A stretch of 64,000 nucleotides of DNA, from NCBI RefSeq assembly GCF_006345805.1, contig NC_043001.1, forward strand, positions 92,504,001 to 92,568,000. Reading direction: 5' to 3'. The notes under the pieces were generated by a model that saw only the letters and a program-made list of their open reading frames with translations, ran no database searches and was not told the origin of the DNA. The position numbers and the translations under genes are program-made. Positions 37,796 to 53,225 of the stretch are shown in pieces; within the stretch, counting starts at the first letter, position 1, and each line of letters begins with the position of its first letter. This DNA comes from Octopus sinensis. Lineage: Eukaryota.

Positions 37796-40700
37796 ATATA
37801 TATATATATAATATATATATATATATAATATATATATATATGCACACACAACACATACATATGTGTGTACATTTGCTCTTATATTTGTGACTTTGTACGA
37901 GTTTGAAATGTTGTTCATATTTTTTTTTTCCTTTCATACATTGCAACAAACTAAGGTGACACTACAGCAAACAATGCAACTTAACAAAAACAGAGTAGAT
38001 GTTAGTAAACCACCAGCTGTTGTTGTTTTGTTGTTGCTTCATTCTCATTAGAGACAAATCAGCAAGCACACTGTTCACACTAACCAATGTCCTATAAAGA
38101 CATGTTGATGAATGTATAATGATAATCACTTTATTGTTTTCGTTTATTTTATTTTTCAGTTGATTGTGTCTTTTTTCATTAAATATGTTTCATGATTCAT
38201 TTAATTGAAGTTTTCTTGATGCATTTACTTATGATTTTTTTCTGTAATTTTTCAAATAATTTTACAAATAACCATTATTACTAAATTGTATTAGTGGTAA
38301 GGTAACAAAAACATTTACGATAAAAACAAAACTAAAAATGCCATATATGTGTTTATATATGTATATATATATATTTATATATATATATATATATATATAA
38401 AAGTAAGTATATGAAAATGATTTTTAATGCATTTTGAAAACGGAAATAAGAATGAGTTTTGTTCATGATTTGAAATAAAACTTCTCTTAAACAAGAGAGA
38501 TGGGGAGGCCGGATGAGAGTGAAATCAATCAGAAACAAAAAATAAATAAATTAAACACGTTTGTAATGTAGCACTTAGAAAACGCATGGCATATTTGAAA
38601 ACTTTTTTTTTTAAATTTTATTCATTTATTCAAACAAGTTAACAAGGGAGGCAACCTGATATAGTTAACAATGGGGTGGATAGTAACTCAATGGAGTTAC
38701 CTAAGGGAAGATAACCCAATTATGAGTTAAGGATGACAACCATTAACAGAAATAACGCATGAACATCAACTCCCACCGACTTAAATATCAAAGTATATCA
38801 GAGGTTGGAGTTTTAAGGGAAGGTGAGGTGTGGGTATTAGCAATGGTAGAAAGAGAAAGGAAAATAATTGATAAATAAAATGGGTATAAGGTGATAGACT
38901 AGGATAGAGAAAGAAAACTTTAGGACAGGGGTAGTAAATATTTACCCAGTTTTGAGTAAACAATTATAGAAACCTCGTTGATCACATATCGTCTAAATTT
39001 ATTGATGAAATTGATTTTTTTTTCTTTTAGAACTTTTTTTCTTTTTCTCCCACCAGTACAAAGAAAAATATGATGGACTGGTTTACATATGAAAACGTTT
39101 GTCACTTTTAATTAATAACAGTATGTTATTTATTATTACTGATGTTCTTGTTTTTGTTTTAGATTATTATTTGTCTATCCTCTACACAAATAAGCAATGA
39201 GCATCATCTGAAAACCATTTGCAGCAGTTTTTTTTTTCTTATTCAGCATATTTCTGTGCATTTCCAACTCTTAAGCACCATTGTTTAAGATTTCAATATT
39301 CTCTGAGGTGAGAAAATAGGAAAAAAAAAAGAGAAAAATAATAATTATAATATTAATTACAAAAATCATCAGAGGAGCAACTGGAATTTGTGATGTTCAT
39401 GCCTTTTCTTTTTGTGGCATTAGCAACGTAAGTGAAGCAGGTATAACTTAGGCAAAGTGAACTATGTTGTAAATCTATGTCAAGTAAAAATCTTAACAAA
39501 CCATGGCACCCATCAATGATGCTAAAATTAACACAACTTATATCACTGGTATCCTGAAGATAAGTATGATCATGTTCATAATGATAATAATTCTTACTAA
39601 ATTTGGCACAAGGCCAGTAATTTTGAGGAGGGGATGCAAATTACATCGATACTAGTACTTGACTGATAGTTTATCAACCCCAAAAGGATGAGAAGTAAAG
39701 TCAACCTCAATGGAATTTGAACTCAAAATGTTGAGCTGGGAGCATTGCTGCTAAGCATTTTATCCAATGCACTAAGAGGATGAATATTATTATCATTCAT
39801 AATATAATTTCTAATTAGATAAAATATTTATTTTAATACACAAAAGAACACTTAAGGCATTGTTTTCTTCACAGGACAAACAACTTAACTCTGTTATACC
39901 TAAACCTTTGAGGTGGCTTAAGCAAACCCACAATTTGATTGGTATTATATTTTATTGACCCTAGAAAGATGAAAGACAAAGTTAACCTTGACAGGATTTG
40001 AACTTAAACACTTTAATGATTCTACTTATCCACAATCAACAATAATAGTTGATCTAAATTTTGGCACAAGGCCACCTATTTCAAGGAGAGGAAGTTAGTT
40101 GATTACTTTGGTGAGATTTGATCTCAAAATGTAAAAACTGTGATGAATGCAGCAAGGTATTTTTCTTCTAGTGTTCTACTGCCTGTGCTAGCTCAAGGCG
40201 TAATAATAATCCTTTCTACTGGAGGCACAAGGCCTCAAATTTGTGGGGAGGGGACTAGTTGATTACATCGATTCTAGTGTTTTACTGATACTTAATCTAT
40301 TAACCCCGAAAGGATGAAAGGCAAAGTTGACCTTGGAGGAATTTGAACACAGAATGTAGCAATGGGCGAAAACAGTTAAGCATTTCGTCCACTGTGTTAA
40401 CAATTCTGCCAGCTTGCCAACTTTATAATAATAGTAATAAATTAATGATTTTGGCACTAAGGCCACAAACTGACAGATCATGTTGATTCCAATGGCATTA
40501 GCAACAGAATTTGAATTAGTTTCAAACAAGAAAAACAAAAACAAAAAAAAACAACAAAACAGCTAACAGAGCCAATATGACGAGAACCTAATTCCCATAT
40601 TGTGACTACTAGCTAATATTATTAGCTAAAATTAAAATATTGTCTAATCTGCTTCTCGATCTAACAATTGTTTAGACAATCTGATATGCTTCAATTATTA

Positions 40701-42526
40701 TTATAAGTGTGGAGGACTCACAGAATCAACAGATCAGTAGAAAAATGCTTCACAATATTTATTATCACTTTTACATTCTGCATTCAAATCTCGCCAAGGT
40801 CAACTCTGCATTTCAGCCTTCTAGGGTTGATAAAAGGAAGTTCCAGTCAAGGACTGTTTCCATCAGCGTCAATCTACCCAGTCTCCTCAAAATTACTGGC
40901 TTGTGTCTAATTCATCATCATCATCAATAACATATTAATCATAAAATTATATTTTTCTGTTCATTCGGAACAGCCCTGCTAAACTAATATTCTTTTGTAC
41001 ATCTAATGTTTCTTCTTTAAATTTCTTGTCAATACAAAATCTAGTAAAGAATATGAGCTTTATTTATGGAATAACTTCATTGAGCCAAATATTAATAAAA
41101 TGACAAAGAACTGCAATTATAAAATGCATAAGGATATATAAATAATATTACTTATTATGGATGATAAACCAAAAAATGGTAAAGAAGGAAACTTTCAATA
41201 TAAAATTAAATAAAATTTAATTTTTTGCTGTTGTTGTTGTCATGAAAAGATAACCAGAACTGATTTATTTTTAAAGACTGAAGATAAAACAGCATGGATA
41301 CCAAAATATCACTGGAAGTGAGTGAGTTGCAGAATACACTCATAAGTACTGTCACCCAACAGAGACCCACATTTATATACAAACACACACACCCACACCT
41401 GCATGTATTCATCTAACATGGAAAACAGACATAAAACAAATGAGCAAATGTCTGTTTGTGTATGTATGTAAATATATGCACATGTGTGTGTAAATATATG
41501 CACATAAACATGGAATTATGTATAAGGATGTGTGTGTATATATATGTATGAATTTATCTGTTGTGTGTGGGTCAAACAGTGGACTTGACCAGATGGTCAA
41601 GTTGCTGCTGAGATGCCGACTTGAGGTTGGTGTAGAATGAGTTGTGAGTCCCTTGCAGGCCTTAGAGGAATTATGAGATATCATCAGCAATAAGGAGATC
41701 TAACTTTAGATGTTTCTGAGACTGAAATGGGTATAGGAAGTGGTTTTACTCAGTCACAAGTTCACTTCCACCATGTATGTATATAATGAAGGTCAGGTTA
41801 AATAAATCACCAACTAAGCTGGAAGAGAGAAAGGAAATAATGTTTTTGATCTAACTTTCAAGGAGCCCTAAATTATAGCCAAATCAGAAGGGATCTTTTG
41901 TATAAAAGTTATAAGTGACTGCACACTGTGGAGAGTGCTATGATTTAATGAACATTAGACTGAGCTTCCGTAATGGAGGTGTCATATATAACTGATAGTA
42001 GAAACAGATATTTTATCCCTTAGTCGGTTATTATAACCACTAACTCTGTTTACACTATATGTATGTTTGTTTGTTTCTAGTTGATTAATGGTAGATCTAA
42101 TAATTTGCACTGGATGTTTAGATGAGAGCACAAAAATGTTGTGGTGTGAGTCATGTGAGTGAGCAGCAAAATTTTGAGTGTGTTCACAAGTGACTTTTAA
42201 CATTTGCTGGTGTATGTGTATATGTAATTATATATATATGTACACATATACACAAACAGAGAAAATTGTTGATTGGACAAAACAGTGATGGAAGATCGTT
42301 GTAGTTGTGTTCTTTTTTTCTTGACTTTCAATGCAGGTATGTAACTAAAGACTCTTTGTGGCCTGTGAATTTCCAAATGCCACTGCAGCTTTCATTAGTA
42401 CCTTATTTGAAAAACTGGTAAGGGTTCATGGCAGGAAAAGCATTTGGCTGTAATATATGTATACACACACACATATATATAGATACATACATACATATAT
42501 ACATATACATACATACATATATACAT

Positions 42527-42559
<33 letters not shown>

Positions 42560-42613
42560 CACATACACACACATACATACATATATACATATACATACAT
42601 ACATATATATATA

Positions 42614-42646
<33 letters not shown>

Positions 42647-42959
42647 CCTACATATATATAGATATATATATATACACATACACACACATACATACATATA
42701 TACATATACATACATACATATACATATATATTAATGTCTGATTTTATTTGAGCTATAATAAAAACAAATTTGAATTAAACTGAATGATTATTCAATACTA
42801 TTCAGTACTTTTCATAGAGTACATATTTACTTTACTTCAACAAGAACAGTGTTGACAGTGCCATCAAAAATACATCCTGCTTAGCCTCTGCTGGACAGTC
42901 TGATGAAGACTAAGCAAGCCAAAACTTCAAAGTCACTATCAATGTGATTCTTGGTGAAG

Positions 42960-42998
<39 letters not shown>

Positions 42999-44229
42999 CA
43001 CGTATATATAGAGAGAGTGAGAGAAGGAAAGAGATAATATATGAACATATATATTAGTAAATTTGAGAATCAGCTCTTTATATACATATGTGTTTAAGTA
43101 TAAAACTGGAAAGTCTTTAATCCAGTTTGATACTAATTTACTTGTATTTCCTAAAGAATTATTGAGGAGAGGAATTTACTCTTTGGAAGATAACTTTGGT
43201 TATGTGATTCAAGGGTTATCCAAGCTAGTTTTGTGTAAGTGGGGAAAGCAATATTTTTGGTAAAAGAAACCTCCTTGGTGGCCCATATAGTAACTGTCTT
43301 GGTGTTGCAAACACCAACGTTCTTTACATATTTGGTATATGGGAGGAAGTTATGAATAAGATTCCTGAGGTGTATGATCTAGTAATCTATAAGAAAAGAT
43401 CTGATTTTAGAGATGAAAAACTTTTCACTTTTTATAAAGAATTTTAAGTCATGTTAATCAATGTTGAAGAAAGGATGAAATTACTTTTTAAACTAAATAT
43501 GTGTAACAGATTTTTAAAGATTATTTTGTCTATGGTTCCTCGCAGTAGATGTTTGTTCAATCTATATTTCATTAACACTTAGCTTTTGGACATTAATACA
43601 TCCCTGTTTCCTCACTAACCCAATTCAGATGAAATTTGCTAGAAGGCTTCTAGCTTTGTATTGTACCAGATATGTATATAACTATGTAAGTTTATATGTC
43701 TTCATCAACTCCTTGTTTAACATCCAGCATCATGATGGCATCAGTTGAGCAAAACTAACTGAGAGATTCTATGGTCAGATGCCCATTCTGTCACCAACAC
43801 TCACTTGTTTTGCAAGTAAAATATTTTTATTCGTCTATTCTTCTCATGTCAGAACTGCCAAACCACTGAAAATATTGTCTATGAGAGACAAACAAACGTC
43901 ACTGTTGCTCAAGCAATGTCAGTATGAAGGCACACAGAAACAAACTCACATATACGCCCCCTCTCCATATAGGAAGGGCTTCCATACAATTTCTGTTAAC
44001 CAAATTTTGCTCACAAGGCATTGATCAGCTTAAGGCTATAGTAGAAGACACATACCCAAGTGGAACCTAACATCATGTGGTCGGGAAGTAGAGTTTTTAA
44101 CCATACAACCATATTTGTGCTTCACATACACATATAAACTTACATAAATATATGTGAAATGGGCACAGTATACAACTGGAAATCTTCTAACATGCATATA
44201 TATATATATATGTGTGTGTGTATGTGTAT

Positions 44230-44480
44230 CGGTGGCACGTAAAAAGCACCATCCGACCATGGCCGTTTGCCAGCTCCGTCTGGCACCTGTGCGGGTGGCA
44301 CGTAAAAAGCACCCACTACACTCACAGAGTGGTTGGCGTTAGGAAGGGTATCCAGCCGTAGAAACACTGCCAGATCAGACTGGTCCTGATGCAGCCTTCT
44401 GGCTTCACAGACCCCAGTTGAACCGTCCAACCCATGCTAGCATGGAAAGCGGACGCTAAATGATGATGATGATGATGATG
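44230..44480 (+). mobile_element. SINE/LINE 3' portion with (TGA)n tail
   Basis: TTGGCGTTAGGAAGGGTATCCAGCCGTAGAAAC...CCATGCTAGCATGGAAAGCGGACGCTAAA(TGA)n, with an internal duplicated GGTGGCACGTAAAAAGCACC. Confidence 0.6.
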
Positions 44481-44492
44481 ATATATATATAA

Positions 44493-44544
<52 letters not shown>

Positions 44545-47500
44545 TATATATATATAGATAGATAGATAATTAGATAGATAGGTAGATACATTCATACATA
44601 CATGTACAAATGTATACATGCTTATGCAGTCACAATATAAAAAGATTAAACCATCAGAGAAATATGTTGTTTTGTAAATTATGAAAAAAAAATCTGTCAG
44701 ATGGATTATAGTACAATGAATACAATGTACACAGCTTTCTATTGTAGAACCAAACCTTCATAGTAATAACTAAACGCCATATATTAACTTTTATCACTGT
44801 TTTTCACCCCTATTCCTAGACTAATATGGCTTGGGCAACAAAATCTCACAACTTGCTATATATGCAATTAATGTTACTAGAGTTGCAGTAACTATTCTGC
44901 AGCTACTAATGTTAATATTACAGCTCTGTTGTCAGGTTGTTTCAGTACAAAGATTAGAGATTATTACAGCATTTTAGAAGATATGATTTAAAAGAGATGA
45001 ATAATTAGTAGAAGTTAAAATACAAGACAAGTAATGTATTAGAAGTTAGGATAAGTGTGGGAATGGCTAATAATATGTTAATGTCTGGTTTAGTAACATT
45101 GTAAGTCAACCCAAATGAGTGGCAGTTAAAATAATCAGTTAGACTCAGTCAACCAAAGTAGTGGAAGAGTAAACATTTGCAGTAATTGCCTCAGTCAATA
45201 TTGATTTCTTTTAACTAGGTAGAAGATCAATATTTTCAGGAGAAAATACCTCATTATAATACTGATAACTATTTAATCAACCTAGGGTTACTTGATGTTC
45301 AACCATTTCAGTTACTCTATCACCTACAGCACTGGAGGTTGTAAACTTACAAGCAAACACTTACATGCAAGTTTTCACTTTATATTCATCTACTTTTGAA
45401 GAAATGTTACTTACATACATATAAAGAATTACATAAGTAGAGCAGTAAGCCTAGCTATCAGCAGTCTAACCATTTATATCATTTGATCATCAGGCTTATA
45501 TTCATAATTAAAATTATATGTGAATCAAAGCTGAAACTAGACTAATGTAGGTTTTGGTTCATTCATTTCTCTCTCTGATTGGAAAACACGTTAAGAAGGA
45601 TGAAGAGGGCATATGAAGACTATAAAAGCTCTATAAAAATTAACCTGATATAAACTAGTATACTGAAATCTAAGAGAGGACTTTGTTGCTAAGGAGTATG
45701 ATAATCTTACTTAAATTTAAATGTTATTAAGGTTTTATGGGTGTGGTCAAAACTGCTATGGGTATGAAAGTGATAAGTCTTAACATGAATATGTAAGTAT
45801 ATTTCACAAATGTTGTAAATTGAATGTATTTATGTTTAGTGATAAAGTACTGTATGGTTCATAATACAAAATAAATGGACTGATATGTACAATATTTGGA
45901 AATATTATCAATGCATTCCGAAAATGTTTTGTATATGTATGTTATGCTAGTGGGTACATTTGTTTTTTTAGCTCAAGCTGATATACAATTTTTACATTTT
46001 CATTTATGTTCATAGTAGTCGAGAAAGTATTATCAATAGAGGAATTTTGATGAATCTTCTATTAAATTTGATTGATGTAGGGATATCAATATAATTTCAA
46101 AAGGTATATTTTTTAAGCACATACATCTTGGATCAGTACTAGAGTATGCAAATATTAACAGTATCTACCTGTAACCACATATACAGGTAGTACAAGCAGC
46201 ATAAATACTACCTGAGCAAATAATATAATGTGTAAATAAAAATGATCTATAAGTTCTTTTTAATTGTCATCGCTCTGTACTGTTACTTTTAAGTATGCAC
46301 ACACATACTGAATGTGGATATTTACTTGTACAATACTTTTCTCTAGTCATTGCAATGAATGCATCAATGACCTAAAGTTGTTTCTTTAATTGCTGTAACA
46401 CTAAATCACCAAAACATTGTTCTGGCAATTATAATGTACTGAACTAATAGAAAACATTCATAAGAAAGTCATTTATTTTTTTTAATTGAAAATTATAGAA
46501 ATTTGATTTTTTTTTTCATAAAGCTTCACTGTTATCTGCAGATTTAAAAGAGTAAAGTGGGAGAAAGATTAAATCTTACCTCCCTGATAGTATGACAGTC
46601 TATCACAAGTTAACTTTCATAAGATAAATGATTTCTTGTTTAATCAATCAGCATAAGTTGGCTGAATCAAGTCAAGTAAACTGTGTTGTAAAAGAAAACA
46701 GCATGCATGTGACCATATATATAAACACACACACACATGTATGTATACATACATGTAACTTGTGATACAATACACACTCACAACCCGACAGGACTAAAAT
46801 CTAGCACCTCCAGTGATTACTTTATCAGTGAACATTTCATATGGAATAATTGTGTGTATTGACAGCAGTGATGATGATAAGGATGATATGGATGACAATG
46901 ATAATGGCGCTGATGATGTTGATGATTTCTTCTGACTACAAAGACATCATTGTTTAATTATAGAAAGAAAGATGTTAACAGCGGAATCAGTTTCAGTTTA
47001 TAACTAATACTTTTATCAAGGCTCCTGAAGACATGAAAGACAAAGTGTATCTGAATGGGAATTGATGGTAAAACACCAAGCTTACTTAACTATAAAACAT
47101 CACACATATGACACATAAGTATTTCAACTTCACTACCCTAAAGACTTTTAATATTGTACAAAAGAACAGGTTTTGAAAGCGATTGGGTTCAATAGATTTA
47201 ACTGACTCTAGTATTTTTCTAAACTGAAAGCTGTATTAGATTTTCAAACAAATTCATAATGATAGTGTAATTTTTGCTTAAAAGTATCAGCCCTAAATTT
47301 TAGTAAATGGAGATGAAAAAAATGTCTGATTTTCACAAGGACATTATTGACTTAAATGAAGATGTCTGTATTAGTAATTTCTTTTTGAATAAGTTGCTAT
47401 ACTGATGTTTGTTTTCAGACTATTTTCCACATCTTGAATGGCCATTCAAGGAATATTCCTAAATTAGGTTCAATAACTAAGCTTAGCTCAGAAACATCCC

Positions 47501-50500
47501 TTCAAAGGGATGAATGATTGGAATGAAAAACGTCCTCAATCTATGGTGCTAAACATCCAAAAAGAGAGGAATGGTCCAAAAACAAACTTTAATATAAACA
47601 ACTCATCAAAAATGTGAGAACCAACAAGAGAGCCATTGAACCTGCTGAAAATAGCAGCAAAATTCCTCTGAATATATCCTACTGTTTCAGCAAAAACATG
47701 GAATGATTGTGGTTGGAATGCTTTGGATCACTAGTCTATGCAATCAAAGTAAACCTATGCCATAACAGGCCCAAAATATTTTACCTGTTTTATGTTCAAA
47801 ATGGCCAGATACAGCCTCTCACCTACACTACAATATCAGTCTAAAAATATGCAGTCACATCCTTGAAATCTTGAAGCTACAAGGTAATGCATGATTAATT
47901 CAAAACAATATGAATAAATAAGCATTACATTTGACAGAGTAATTTCAATGCTGAAAGGTTAAAATAACGTAATTGCTTCTCAGTATCTGATCAGAAAAGC
48001 AGACACAGTATTCAAATAATAGTAGTTATTGGTTCAATGCTTGGCCTAACACAGAAATATCACCTAAATTTAATTGCTAAGAATAATGAGTGAAATATTG
48101 TGAAGTATTTATGAGGATGAACAGTCAAATAAAGGAAAATAGACCCCTATATAAAGTGAAAATGTTTCAACTGGAAATCAAACCAGAATTATAATTTTGA
48201 TTGATTAAGACGTTACTACCCACCACAATGACAATAATGACGGCTTCTAGCAGAGGCATTAGGAATGAAATTTGTATGTGTGCATGTGTATGTGTGGGTG
48301 GGAGTGCTTGGTCAATATCAGTGATTCAGTACTTAATTATATTGGTCCTGAAAGGGTGAAAGACAAAGTTGACCTCAGTGGAATTTGAACTCAAAATGTA
48401 AAGAGCTGGAAAAAATATGGCAAGGCATTTTTTTAATATTCTAACAATTCTGTTAATCCACTGTCCTAACACACACACACACACACACATACAATGACAA
48501 TAACTATTTTAATTTAGGTAAATACCAGTAATTTTGAGGGAATGGCTAGCTGATTACATCAACCTCAGTGCTTGACAGCTACATTATGTCATCATTCTCA
48601 GGGGGAATAAAAGGCAAAGTTAATCTCAGTGGAATTTCAACTCAGAATATAAATAACCAGAGCAAATACCACAAAGCATTTTTCTGACTGGCATTCTAAA
48701 GATTCTTCTGACTCACTGCCCTAACACACACACACAGTAATAATTTCTGATTTTGGAACAAGGTCACAGACTTTTAGGTGAGGGACATATCAAATTAAAT
48801 AGTATATGCCTGGTATATATTTTAATTTTTATATATTTCATTTAGTTTCCCAAATCCAGTAAATATTTTATCAAATGAGGAAAAATGGAAATCAAAATTA
48901 AAATAAAATTGTAAATAAGTAAAACATATAAATCTGAATTACTACTGTTTCAGCCAATTCACAGCATAATAATAATGATTTCCAACATAAGTACAAAACT
49001 ACAGTTTTACTTAATTTATACTTATTTTATAAACCACCAGAATGATGAAAGGTTAAGTCAACCATAACACGACTTGACTGAAGAATATTTTGTCCACCAT
49101 TCTAGCAATTCTGCCATCCAACACCCTGCTACAACCCTATGATGAAGATGATAAAGATGATGATGATGATGATGAAGATGATACAGATGATGATGATATT
49201 GATTTTCTACATTGGCACAAGACTACAAATCTGCAGGGGAAGGTATCCAACTGAGTTTATCTCTGTATATGACTAAGACTTATTTCATCAACGCTGGTGG
49301 GATTTGAATCAGGACAAAAAAGACATAATTATAGACCACAAGGAATTGACCTGACACATTGATATTTCTGCTGACCACTTTAGTTTCTAACTTTGGCTAC
49401 AAATTTTAGAGTATATAATTTTCTTCAATGATCCCAGAGAGATGAAAGGCATGATTAACTTTCATATTAAAATGTAAAGGAACTAACTAAATGCTTCAAG
49501 ATATTTAGTTAATGGCACTATCATTTCTGCCGTGATGTCTCACATTGCCATAAGTTCAGAGACTTTTAAATAAGAGGCATACTTAATTGTATTGATTCTA
49601 GTATGATTCAGGTACTTATTTTATTTATTCCAGAGTGGGGAAAGCAATATGAAATACTGTGAGGCATTTAGTTTTGTACTCAACTATTATTATTATTATT
49701 TTTTAGGGGAGGGAATTAGCTGATACCACTGACCCAAAATACTTGACTGGTTCTTTATTTTATCAACCGCCAAATGGATTCAGGCACAAGGCCAGCAATT
49801 TTAAGGGGAGGAGTCAGACAATGCCATTGTTCCCAGTAATTGACTGATACTTTATTTTATCAACCCTGAAAGGAAGAAAGGTAAAGTTGACCATGGTGAG
49901 ATTTGAACATCAAGTAAAGAGACAGAACAAATACCATAATGTATTTTGCACTATACTCAAATGATTCTACCATTCCACAGCACTTTATAATAACAATCAA
50001 CAGAATGATACACGTGATAACCAAGGTAATAACAAATAACAAATATTACTATCATTGTTAATTATTATCACAATTGATTAGCCTTAAGATTATACAATAT
50101 TATTATGCACAAAATTATATAAACTATATAAAAAGTGGTTTGATATATTCTCTTTTGTATTTTCTATAATCTTTTCCTTCTTAGTTTTATATATTTAAAA
50201 AAATTTAAATAAAAATTAAACGTAGAAATAATATTCTCTCTCCTCCTCATCAAAGATTATTTTTGTACAGATATATATGCATGTGTTTGAAAAAAATGAT
50301 CCAATATGCACAGTATAGCTGTACTTTTACGTATAGTTGGACACACATTTAGTTAGAGGCATGAGTTCACACAAAACTATATATGTTTGTGTGTGACATA
50401 AAAACACAAAGACAAGCACACACTCAAATATTTTCATGAAGATGAAAAGAATGAGTCAAGATTGGATGGGATTAAATTTACAAAAGAAAAGAAAATTATG

Positions 50501-50959
50501 ACTTTTAAAAATCTTCCTTACACATGACGGCAAATTTAGAAAACATACATAACAAAAAGTGACACTGAAATTTAGTTACCTATTTGCTTTATGTTCCCTG
50601 TGCGAATATCTAAAAAAAAAAAAAACTTAAGTTACCTTCTTTAAAGATTTACAACCTGACCATCACAGAATAGGTGCCAGGTAAATTTACTCCTAAGATA
50701 CTGAAACTCATGACAGCACCTGCAAAATTATATATGAAAACTTTACGTTGTTTTGCTTCCTTCTTTTATTGTTTCATTCTTGAATTCTAAATACTTTCTT
50801 TCCTTCACACACACAAAGAAAAAAAAATTTCAAAAATCTTCATATTTTCCAATTCACTTTCAATTCACCCAAAATTATGCATTTACTTTCAAAATGCTTA
50901 TTCTTTAGTTTAGGTTCTGTTTTTTTCTTTTTTCTTTTCAATAATTGCTGTTATTATTA

Positions 50960-53225
50960 TTACAACATTTCACTGTCCATTGATTTAAAATATTGCTGCT
51001 GCAAATGAGTAAGTTGCTTGCGTCGATATTCATAGTATTCTTCGCGCAGCCGTTCAAAACGTTTTTCAGAGTTGCTATAGCGACTCGGCTTACGTGGCTT
51101 TGGGTAGAGACTTTTATACAAATCATTAGCATTTAACAAAATTTCTGGTGGTGAAGCTGTGCTCCGGGTGGAAGGCTCTCGGCGTGTTGAGTGTCTTTCA
51201 TCCAGTTTACACTCAACAATACCTGGAGCATTGTGAGATATTAATGTTGAGTCAAAATCGTAGTGTTCATCTCCTGAGAAGTCCCGTCGGTTGGAATTAG
51301 AAGCATCTATAATCAGGGAAGAGTCCAAACTGACATCATAGTCTTGAGGGGAAGTAAGAGAACTCGCTGAAGTACTGTCCATGGGTGCTGCAGCCCTCGT
51401 GTGAGTGTAAAACGAAGACGATGGACCACTGTGGTGACTACCAAGTCCACTGCTATAGGAGTCTGGAAATGTATCCATTTTACTACTAGTACGGCTGATG
51501 CCATCGGGGTAGTTAACCCTGCCAAATATACTTCCCCGACCTGAGCTACTCATACTAGTTCGAATCTCTTCTGGGACTCCACCATCAAAATGATGACTAA
51601 GTACAGTGTCGATGTTTGGAGTTTTATTCCTATAGCATGGCATGGTCGTAGAATAGTCACTTGGCTGATCCTTAGCAGGGTATGTGCTATTTGTGTGGGG
51701 TATGTTTTCAATGCAGTTATAGGGGTCAAATTCTTTTTGTCTAAAAGTAGAGTTAGTCTGTGATGGTATTGGTGACATCTGATGAGGTTGGTTGACAGCA
51801 AGAGTACAGTTGGAGTTCAGCTGATGTTTAGGGGCCAGTTGACCACATTTAACCATCTCTTGACAATTATTTGAATATCCAAATAACTGGTTGTTGTTGT
51901 CCTTGCACTCTCCACCTTCTGAATTGTTGTAAAGTGAGTGTGAATGTGTATAGCTTACATGGGGCACGAAATTGTGGTTGTGTGTTGCAACAGCTGCTGC
52001 TTGCGTCTGGAGTTGGTGAGGGTTAGAAAAATTTTTTCTTACATTATCAAGGTGAAACTGAGGCTGAGGTTGAGGCTGGTAGTAATTAGGCCCTTGGCCA
52101 GTATGAAAATAAGCTGAAGAATTTCGTTGCTGGGGGTGAATGCTTCGAGTTTTAAATGGCACTGTACCAGAATAAGTGAGCTGTTGGTTTTCTTTCAAAT
52201 GTCTTTTCAAATAGACTGGCTCATTTTCAGAAAGGCTGGAAGGAAGAAAGCTTCCTTGAGGGCTACTGAATAGTGACTGTGGCAGATCTTGGTCACGTGA
52301 CCGCTCTGAAAATGATGAAGGCTGTACAGAACTGATATCGCTTATCTGGAATGGGCGAAGACTGTTAGCATCATCAGGGCTACTTGTCAAGTAGGTTTTG
52401 TTCATAGAGTGATGTTGTGAGTTAGGTGAGAATATAGAGCTATGAGCATAACATGACTTAAGAGATGCTATAGATGAAGATGACTTGAGATGTTGAGCAT
52501 GATGGTAAATAGCAGCAGCAGCAGCAGGGGCAGCAGACATACCAGGTGAAGTTCTAGTCCAAACTGGTGACGTCATATGATTTCTAAGAGTATTAGTGCC
52601 AGGAGAATGTCCAGAGTCCAGAGTGAGAGTAGTAGTAGAAACAACTATGCTAGAAGCATGTTTATACTTCTGTGTATTGTCTGGAACACTGACACCATTT
52701 GGCCTATGAATTTGTGCTCTTGTAATATGCAAATTAACAGGGGAGTGCGACTGTAGCAAACAGGGTGAAACAGGGTTATAAACATTACTGCGGTGAACAC
52801 TTGTACAGGCAATCCCGTGCCCAATGGGGGACATAGGACCAGGAGAGGATAACTGTTGTTGTCTTAGTGATGTTACAATGTCTGTGTCTGGACATTGCTG
52901 AACCAGTTTGTTGGGAGGTCTTACATTAGCAAGTTTTGTGTCCTGTTGTTGGGTTTTGGCCCCATTGTTGAGGGATGTACTTTTTGGAAGGGCACTGCGC
53001 TGAACAGACTTCTGTTGGTCCTGAAAAATATAAGGTCGCAATGATGATGGTGGCAAATGTCGTTTGGAAGGCAGTGGTTGGGCAACGGGATTGCATTTTA
53101 ATATGTCCGAAGGGGAGTGGCAGGACATCACAAAAGTTTGGTTTAGCATACCCATAGGGTTGACAGCTTTCACAATGTTTCTTCTTCCATCTTGGTCCCC
53201 ATAATTCCATTCTGACGAAGTTTCA
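50960..53225 (-). CDS. tutl: Terminal 2266-nt coding exon: S/Q/P/H-rich cytoplasmic tail of the turtle/IGSF9-like receptor
   Basis: TTTACAG| acceptor at 53227-53226, in frame with the 737-aa ORF. It ends SEKRFERLREEYYEYRRKQLTHLQQQYFKSMDSEML*, resembling the R-x-x-x-L-R-E-E-[FY]-x-x-[FY]-R-R C-terminal box of turtle/IGSF9, with a possible PDZ-binding end. Confidence 0.8.

Noticed and set aside
43060-43660. Possible Penelope RT remnant
   Set aside because: No convincing RT motif could be read in any frame.
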